NCBI GenBank assembly: GCA_016927185.1
Contig: JAFGND010000105.1
Coordinates: 1 to 33,302, forward strand
Length of the DNA: 33,302 nucleotides
Source: Candidatus Coatesbacteria bacterium
Lineage (GTDB): Bacteria; JAFGND01
Direction of reading: 5' to 3'
Part shown: piece after piece, positions 28,501 through 33,302 of the stretch
Position numbering within the stretch: position 1 is the stretch's first letter
How the letters are laid out: every line of letters begins with the position of its first letter
Notes under the pieces: model-generated
The model's database searches: none
What the model saw: only the letters and a program-made list of their open reading frames with translations
What the model was told of the DNA's origin: nothing
Made by a program: the position numbers and the translations under genes

Positions 28501-29256
28501 TATCCATTTTATTTCTTTGTCCAGCATAGATTTAGGCAATCTATATTCAGGTATTCCGTATCTGAGCATTCCTCCCAGATGTGGCATCTTTTCGAATATA
28601 ACAGGTGAATAACCTTCTTTTCTCAGGTAATAGGCACATGTAAGTCCAGCTGGTCCTCCTCCAACTATTGCAATCTTCATGCCATTCAAGGGCTTGAGAG
28701 ATGGTTGCCAGGGATCTTCTATATCCATGTCAGCAACATAGCGCTTCAGGAAATCTATCCCCAGGCCTTCATCCAGTATATTTCTTCTGCATGCAATCTC
28801 GCATTCCCTTACGCAAACTCGACCGCATATAAGAGGTAAGGGGTTTGTTTCCTTAATAAGTGCTATGGCTTCCTTGTATTTCTTGTTTGCGATCAATGCA
28901 ATGTAACCCTGTACATCTACACCAGCAGGACAGGTCTTCTTGCATGGGGCAATGCAATCAGCATAATGATTTGAAAGCAGAAGCTCAAGTGCCATTTTTC
29001 TTGCCTTCATTATCCTGTCGCTTCTGGTTATTACAGACATTCCCTTTGATACCTGACTGCAGCATGAAGGAACTAGTTTCTGCAAACCCTCCACTTCCAC
29101 AACGCAGACATAGCATGAACCATAGGGTTCTATTCTGGGATCATGACATAATGTTGGTATGTCATCAATCTTGTTTTCCCTGACTACTTCCAGTATTGTC
29201 TTGTCAGGTTCACATGAAACACTTTTACCATTTATCTTTATTTCTATTAATTCCAT
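25522..29256 (-). CDS. Large FeS-flavoprotein: 2Fe-2S + GltD/NfnB-like NAD(P)H:FAD module + 4Fe-4S clusters + degenerate NuoG/Fdh-like domain (Bfu/Nfn-type alpha subunit)
   Basis: IPTLC..GSCYVC; APCKKTCP, CGRVCVRECEIAC; GGGPAG, GGMLRYGIP, GGGNTAID, YRR; RCLECGC; CISCGRC, CISCGNC; CSFCSTGC...LCVKG; the position of the Fdh catalytic Cys/Sec-His reads ISSLSNLL. Confidence 0.85.
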   Translation of the reverse strand: MELIEIKINGKSVSCEPDKTILEVVRENKIDDIPTLCHDPRIEPYGSCYVCVVEVEGLQKLVPSCCSQVSKGMSVITRSDRIMKARKMALELLLSNHYADCIAPCKKTCPAGVDVQGYIALIANKKYKEAIALIKETNPLPLICGRVCVRECEIACRRNILDEGLGIDFLKRYVADMDIEDPWQPSLKPLNGMKIAIVGGGPAGLTCAYYLRKEGYSPVIFEKMPHLGGMLRYGIPEYRLPKSMLDKEIKWITNMGVQVYTGKELGKDFTISSLKKDGYNAIFLALGAQKAKKMGVKNEENIKGIVGGIDFLRDFVNTGKSEKLKKVVVIGGGNTAIDAARTSLRLGAKEVIILYRRTREEMPANAIEIDAALHEGIDIRYLSAPVEIIEKKGVLKALKCIKMKLGEPDKSGRRSPIPIEGSEYDLDCDYAISAIGQDIDLCGIREDCVLKTTKWNGIVVDENSLSTDEKGIYAGGDAVTGPKAAIDAIAHGLKAAKSIDRFLKGGNGSGNAREFLSRKDAFGDISMLEFENTEKMKKEEMQELEPELRIKSFKEVELGYTSKQAERESSRCLECGCNEYFDCSLRKYADDYGVDISKYLGEVRKYKVDKSHPFILIDSNKCISCGRCVRTCSQILEVSALGFINRGFRSVVKPAMEKKLQETNCISCGNCIDTCPTGALSERLPAIKPAPFRGIEYDGICSFCSTGCNLKYKVMGKDLFTVKNASGDTHNRGYLCVKGRFGYRYMLDDRRNGKALMNKDGRFAETDIENAINEITRKLRHYQKSFGNDSIAVFASSGMTNEELYLLQKFTRTVLKNNNISSLSNLLKGVGLNSLDRIMGFTSSTTNTDEFENADLIMLVNTDLASENLVMELKIKQAMKKGAKLIVLSPSETSICRTADLWIDLKRGSSTALFCGLMNALMHREKTDTEFIKNRTEGYENLRKSISGISPSNVLEMTGINGEKLDKLFNMVSDNKNLITVYNIDRYADKSVDDIKAITSLHAIKGSLCRKGNGIIVVRDYCNSTGVLNNGVSTEYLPGFVGLDETDWIKKISDKWETNLTDIFRKNDIKAKLLNGAIKAALIFGEDPLCDVSNIKFFDNIEFMVVSDIFQTATTERADIFLPMAIPLESSGSYTSCDGRIQYFNRVKTPENEYENWEVITGLYEKLGSKTSFKSVKDINSEISFINRCYKNKETGFLSLEEVMKDMIMLDAIKISLQTFKPQKISYIASENSFNLTIKKLLDV

Positions 29257-29270
29257 TAAAGTACTCTCCC

Positions 29271-31037
29271 TTAATCTTTTATGACAGCATTCAATTTACA
29301 AATATCAAAACATTTTCCGCATTTTATGCAGATTTCCTGATTTATGGAATGAGGTTTCTTTTTCTCTCCAGTAATCGCATTTACAGGGCAATTCCTTACA
29401 CACAACGTGCAGCCAATGCATTTTTCAGCATCTATTTTGTAATTGACAAGTGCCGAGCAGCTGTGTGCAGGGCATTTCTTGTTGAAGATATGAGCTTCAT
29501 ATTCTTCCCTGAAATACTTTATTGTTGTAAGAACCGGATTTGGAGCAGTCTGTCCAAGTCCACAAAGAGTATTATTCTTTATAGTGTCAGCAAGATCCAG
29601 CAGCAAATCAATATCATCCTTTTCTCCCCTGCCATCAGTAATGCGCTCAAGTATTTCAAGCATTCTCTTTGTTCCTATCCTGCAGAAAGTGCACTTGCCA
29701 CAAGATTCATTCTGAGTGAATCTCAGGAAGAACTTGGCCATGTCAACCATACAGGTTGTTTCATCTACAACAACCAGTCCTCCTGAACCCATTATGGCAC
29801 CAGTCTTGTTTATCTGCTGATAGTCTATTTCAAGAGCTCCCATTGATGATGGTATGCAGCCGCCAGATGGTCCTCCCATCTGCACAGCCTTGAATTTCTT
29901 GTTGCCTTTTATTCCCCCACCTATTTCATGAACTATCTCGTTTATTGTAATACCCATTGGCACTTCTACAAGACCACCTCTTGCTATCTTGCCTGCAAGA
30001 GCAAAAACCTTGGTTCCCTTGCTGTTGGGAGTTCCAAGAGAAGCAAAGGCTTCTGCCCCATTCATTATAATCCATGGCACATTGGCAAAAGTCTCTACAT
30101 TGTTTATATTTGTAGGTTTACCGAACAAGCCCTTGTTTGCAGGAAATGGAGGTCTTATTCTTGGTGTTCCCCTCTTGCCTTCTATTGAGGCTATCAATGC
30201 AGTTTCTTCGCCACAAACAAATGCTCCTGCACCTTCCTTTATCTTTATCTTGAAACTGAATCTGCTTCCAAGAATGTTTTTCCCAAGAAACCCTTTTTCA
30301 TGAGACTGCTTTATGGCATTTTTCAGTCTGTAGACTGCCCTGGGATATTCAGCTCTTACATATATATATGCTTCATCAGAACCTATTGCAAATCCACAAA
30401 TTATCATTCCCTCAAGAACTGAGTGGGGATCGCTTTCTAAAACGCTCCTGTCCATGAAAGCTCCCGGGTCACCCTCATCAGCATTGCAAATGACGTATTT
30501 CTTATCACTTTTTGCACCATGAGCAAATTGCCACTTCATTCCTGTAAGAAATCCTCCCCCACCTCTGCCTCTCAAGCCTGATTCCTTTATTGTATTAATA
30601 AGTTTTACTGGATCGGACTCTTTTAAAACAAGTTCCAGTGCCTTATAACCACCAGCATTTATGTATTCATCTATGGAAGATGGATTTATTACACCGCAAT
30701 TCCGAAGAACTATTCTCTTCTGTTTTGCGAAAAATGTGTCATCTTCCTTTGGTTTTTCATTCTTTACAATCCATTCTTCAACTGGCTGATTTTTCATGAT
30801 ATGATTGTTGATTATGCCTTTTATCTTATCGGAAGTGACTTCCCCATAGAGACTTGAAGTTCCATCTTCGTCAATGACTTCTACTAGAACTTCCTTGTAA
30901 CACATTCCCATGCAACCAGTTTCGCAAAGATCCACTTTCAGATTTTTCTCGCCTATTTCCTTCTCAAGTTCTTCATATACTTTCATTCCACCAGCAGAAA
31001 TACCACAGGTGCCCAGTCCAACCTTGATTTTCTTCAT
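29271..31037 (-). CDS. NADH-binding flavoprotein subunit, NuoF/HydB-like
   Basis: SGLRGRGGGGF, CNADEGDPGAFMDR, GAGAFVCGEET, NNVET, GGPSGG, ESCGKCTFCR, two C-terminal 4Fe-4S motifs. Confidence 0.93.
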   Translation of the reverse strand: MKKIKVGLGTCGISAGGMKVYEELEKEIGEKNLKVDLCETGCMGMCYKEVLVEVIDEDGTSSLYGEVTSDKIKGIINNHIMKNQPVEEWIVKNEKPKEDDTFFAKQKRIVLRNCGVINPSSIDEYINAGGYKALELVLKESDPVKLINTIKESGLRGRGGGGFLTGMKWQFAHGAKSDKKYVICNADEGDPGAFMDRSVLESDPHSVLEGMIICGFAIGSDEAYIYVRAEYPRAVYRLKNAIKQSHEKGFLGKNILGSRFSFKIKIKEGAGAFVCGEETALIASIEGKRGTPRIRPPFPANKGLFGKPTNINNVETFANVPWIIMNGAEAFASLGTPNSKGTKVFALAGKIARGGLVEVPMGITINEIVHEIGGGIKGNKKFKAVQMGGPSGGCIPSSMGALEIDYQQINKTGAIMGSGGLVVVDETTCMVDMAKFFLRFTQNESCGKCTFCRIGTKRMLEILERITDGRGEKDDIDLLLDLADTIKNNTLCGLGQTAPNPVLTTIKYFREEYEAHIFNKKCPAHSCSALVNYKIDAEKCIGCTLCVRNCPVNAITGEKKKPHSINQEICIKCGKCFDICKLNAVIKD

Positions 31038-31549
31038 GCGGTTACCTCTTTTATATTTTTCTTGTAGTTTCTGATTATATCCCTGGCCTTTGCTGGAGTA
31101 AGCCTGCCATATGTGTCTTCATTTATCATCATAACTGGTGACAGGCTGCAGCATCCAAGACAGGCAACAGAAAGAAATGTGAACATTCCATCGTCAGTAG
31201 TTTCATCTATTGTTATTCCAAGTTCATCTTCAATTGCCCTCAGAATGCTCTTTGCACCATTCACATGACATGCAGTGCCCTCGCATATCCTTATTAAATA
31301 CTTGCCGAAAGGTTTCAGCCTGAACTGCGAATAGAAGGTTATTACGCCATAAATCTCAGCTGAAGGGATTCCCACTATCTCGCTTATGCTGTCAATTGCG
31401 AACTCGGGAATATAACCATAAGTGTCCTGTGCTAACTGCAAAAGGGGGATCATTGCCCCCTTCTCTCCGTTATATTTCCATAACGCTGCGTTGAAGTCTA
31501 TAAAGTCTCGTTTTCCTATATCTTTTTCCTTTTGTTTTTCTCCTGTCAT
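31034..31549 (-). CDS. 2Fe-2S subunit, NuoE/HydC-like
   Basis: IPLLQ..Q..YGYIP, GVITFYSQF, CEGTAC, CLGCC. Confidence 0.93.
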   Translation of the reverse strand: MTGEKQKEKDIGKRDFIDFNAALWKYNGEKGAMIPLLQLAQDTYGYIPEFAIDSISEIVGIPSAEIYGVITFYSQFRLKPFGKYLIRICEGTACHVNGAKSILRAIEDELGITIDETTDDGMFTFLSVACLGCCSLSPVMMINEDTYGRLTPAKARDIIRNYKKNIKEVTA

Positions 31550-31561
31550 TTCCCCATCCTT

Positions 31562-32548
31562 TTAAATATTGAAAAGCTTTATTATTGGACATTCCTTAAT
31601 TCTCAGCACTCCATCAAGAGACTTGAAATTGTTGTTCACTATAGAATCTATTTCAGAGAAGCTGGTTCCTTTCATGAGAAGTACGAAATCAAAGCAACCT
31701 TTTGTATAATCGCAACTTACAACATTATCATTAAAGAACAAAGTTGGATATATATTTTCAAGTTTCTCTTTTTCAATCTCTATGAAAACGTATGATGAAG
31801 CGCTTCTTCTGAAATTCCTGTTAGTGCTTTCTATTGCCTCGTCTCTGCCTTTTCCAAGTACATCCTCAGCTGAGCCTATTATCTCATTCAGGACTTCGCT
31901 CAGTACTGGTCTCTCTATGTTGATGAAGCTGCAAGATTCCAATCCTTCAAGACTTAATATATTGTCTTTCATGAATTTATCAAGGCTGTCCTTGTCGCTG
32001 CATTGCATGAAAACAACTATATCGAAATCACCTCTTGTTGCATCACAATATAGTATGTTCTCCATGAAATACAGATTTTTGTAGGTTTCAACCATGTCTG
32101 CTTCTTTATTGAATCTAAGGAGAGCATAACCACCGACACTCTTCTCTGTTTTTACTTGCTTTTCTTCCTTTTTTGCAGAACCTTCTTTTTTCTGGATTTT
32201 TTCAAGCAGGTCAGCAAGATCTTCTACAGAGAATGGTTTATCCAGGAATGCATCCATTTCCTCGCCTTTTACTACTTCATTGCCATAACCAGTAATTATT
32301 ATAACAGGAAGGCTTGGGAATTTGCTTTTTATTATTTTCAGGAGTTTTGCCCCATCAATATCAGGAAGCCTGAAGTCAATTATTGCAAAGCTCAGATCTA
32401 CCTGCTTTTTTGAAAACAGATCAATTGCAGCAAGTGCTTTCATGCCATTTTCACATGGAATTGTGTCATAACCTTTCTGAAGCAAACCCAAAGAAACACT
32501 TCTTCTCAAGGAAGCTTCATCGTCGACTAATAAGATTTTACCGCTCAT
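31562..32548 (-). CDS. Response regulator with two tandem Lrp/AsnC-ligand-binding-like domains
   Basis: LLVDDE, IIDFRLPD, ITGY, KPF receiver; duplicated C-terminal unit CDATRGDFDIV / CDYTKGCFDFV; AAGGAG RBS. Confidence 0.8.
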   Translation of the reverse strand: MSGKILLVDDEASLRRSVSLGLLQKGYDTIPCENGMKALAAIDLFSKKQVDLSFAIIDFRLPDIDGAKLLKIIKSKFPSLPVIIITGYGNEVVKGEEMDAFLDKPFSVEDLADLLEKIQKKEGSAKKEEKQVKTEKSVGGYALLRFNKEADMVETYKNLYFMENILYCDATRGDFDIVVFMQCSDKDSLDKFMKDNILSLEGLESCSFINIERPVLSEVLNEIIGSAEDVLGKGRDEAIESTNRNFRRSASSYVFIEIEKEKLENIYPTLFFNDNVVSCDYTKGCFDFVLLMKGTSFSEIDSIVNNNFKSLDGVLRIKECPIIKLFNI

Positions 32549-32591
32549 TTTATCTCCTTTATTTTTTATTTTCTGATTTACACTATTCTAT

Positions 32592-32607
32592 AGCATGTAA
32601 TATGCCA
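32592..32607 (-). promoter_or_regulatory. Sigma-54 (-24/-12) promoter of the oxidoreductase operon
   Basis: Minus strand TGGCATATTACATGCT (GG-N10-GC), 43 nt upstream of ATG 32548; the operon encodes a GAFTGA activator. Confidence 0.7.
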
Positions 32608-32929
32608 AAAATGCAAACTATTGCAAATCAATAATTTAAGAGAATACCCCATCTGAGTCTTTCCTATTGGATTTGTAAAAAAAATTTATAGCAGTCACTT
32701 AATATGTTTATTGTCAATAAAATACAGCATCGTTAAAATTATTTACAGTTTACAGTGAAAATAGTGCTTTGAAATGAAAAAGATTTTTCATGGTAAAAAC
32801 CTCGGAATGGATTCTATGGCAGGGAATTATTTCAGCAAAAATCTTGATAAGATATGGTTGCACTTTGCTGAAATATTCAGTATTCTTTGTGCTAATCAGG
32901 GATTAGTGAAAGATAAATTGCTTGCCTCC

Positions 32930-33130
32930 TTAATTCACCTTCACTACTCTCTTGCTTTCTTTACCAGCCTTTACTATATAAACTCCCTCTCTCCAGCTGC
33001 TAGTATCAATAGAATGCTTGCCTTTTTCTAACTTCATAATCAATTGACCAGTAAGGGAATAGATTGCCCCTGATGATGGCAGGGAAAGTGTTAAGCGGGA
33101 TGAGAAGGGGTTGGGGGAGATAGAGAAGGA
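32930..33130 (-). repeat. Sorting-domain repeat, copy 3 (more diverged)
   Basis: Same length and colinear with copies 1 and 2, with mostly synonymous differences. Confidence 0.9.
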
Positions 33131-33302
33131 TGGGGAGGGAAGCTTGTTTGTCTTCTTGTTATCAGAAAAACCTGTCTTGTCTCCTATACAATATAGATAA
33201 CCATCCAAACCACACACATAAACAAAACCAGGATAACCTATAGTAATTGATGATCTGGTTTTGATTCCCAAATTAACTGCTTTATAACTTGCTGAAGAAT
33301 TA
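32930..33302 (-). CDS. 3' end of another PQQ-like propeller protein with T9SS-type sorting domain (partial)
   Basis: Frame open to the window edge; SSITIGYPGFVYVCGLDGYLYCIG blade followed by a SPNPF...GVYIV domain. Confidence 0.85.
   Translation of the reverse strand, partial: NSSASYKAVNLGIKTRSSITIGYPGFVYVCGLDGYLYCIGDKTGFSDNKKTNKLPSPSFSISPNPFSSRLTLSLPSSGAIYSLTGQLIMKLEKGKHSIDTSSWREGVYIVKAGKESKRVVKVN

Noticed and set aside
25522-29256. Formate dehydrogenase or [FeFe]-hydrogenase catalytic subunit
   Set aside because: No catalytic Cys/Sec-His at the Fdh position, no in-frame TGA, and no H-cluster motifs.
29271-31549. Respiratory complex I nuoEF
   Set aside because: No other nuo genes nearby; the extra FeS domains and GltD-fused partner indicate a soluble HydBC-type module, so gene symbols were withheld.
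436-33031. Numerous short antisense or overlapping ORFs in the track (e.g. 436-927, 29196-29786, 32774-33031)
   Set aside because: They are shadows of well-supported genes or AT-rich intergenic ORFs, with no recognisable motifs.

Overview
AT-rich bacterial chromosomal segment read in genetic code 11 (TGA is a genuine stop at several overlapping gene junctions). Repeated T9SS-type C-terminal sorting domains suggest an FCB-group anaerobe (inference). Left third: ADP-forming acyl-CoA synthetase, a TPR lipoprotein, recG, a DUF4870 membrane protein, a GT2 plus DUF2723/TMEM260-like GT-C pair, a TPR protein, and an operon of a Ser/Thr kinase-FGE protein, an HPD-less J-domain/TPR protein and an HPr-kinase-like protein. 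Centre: two adjacent secreted beta-propeller genes (WD40 and PQQ-like 120-bp tandem repeat) with near-identical sorting domains. Each is a single long reading frame interrupted by exactly one in-frame TGA, and the WD40 TGA is followed by a SECIS-like hairpin. Next come a eukaryote-like SNM1/PSO2 beta-CASP nuclease and a DUF2141 gene with a sigma-54 promoter. Right third: an ~11.3-kb minus-strand operon with a sigma-54 promoter, encoding a REC-2xLrp-like regulator, a HydC/HydB-like + GltD-NuoG fusion (Bfu/NfnABC-like electron-bifurcating complex with no H-cluster or Mo ligand), a PAS kinase, an NtrC-family activator and a membrane polyferredoxin. No rRNA, tRNA, CRISPR array, transposase or reverse transcriptase was recognised.
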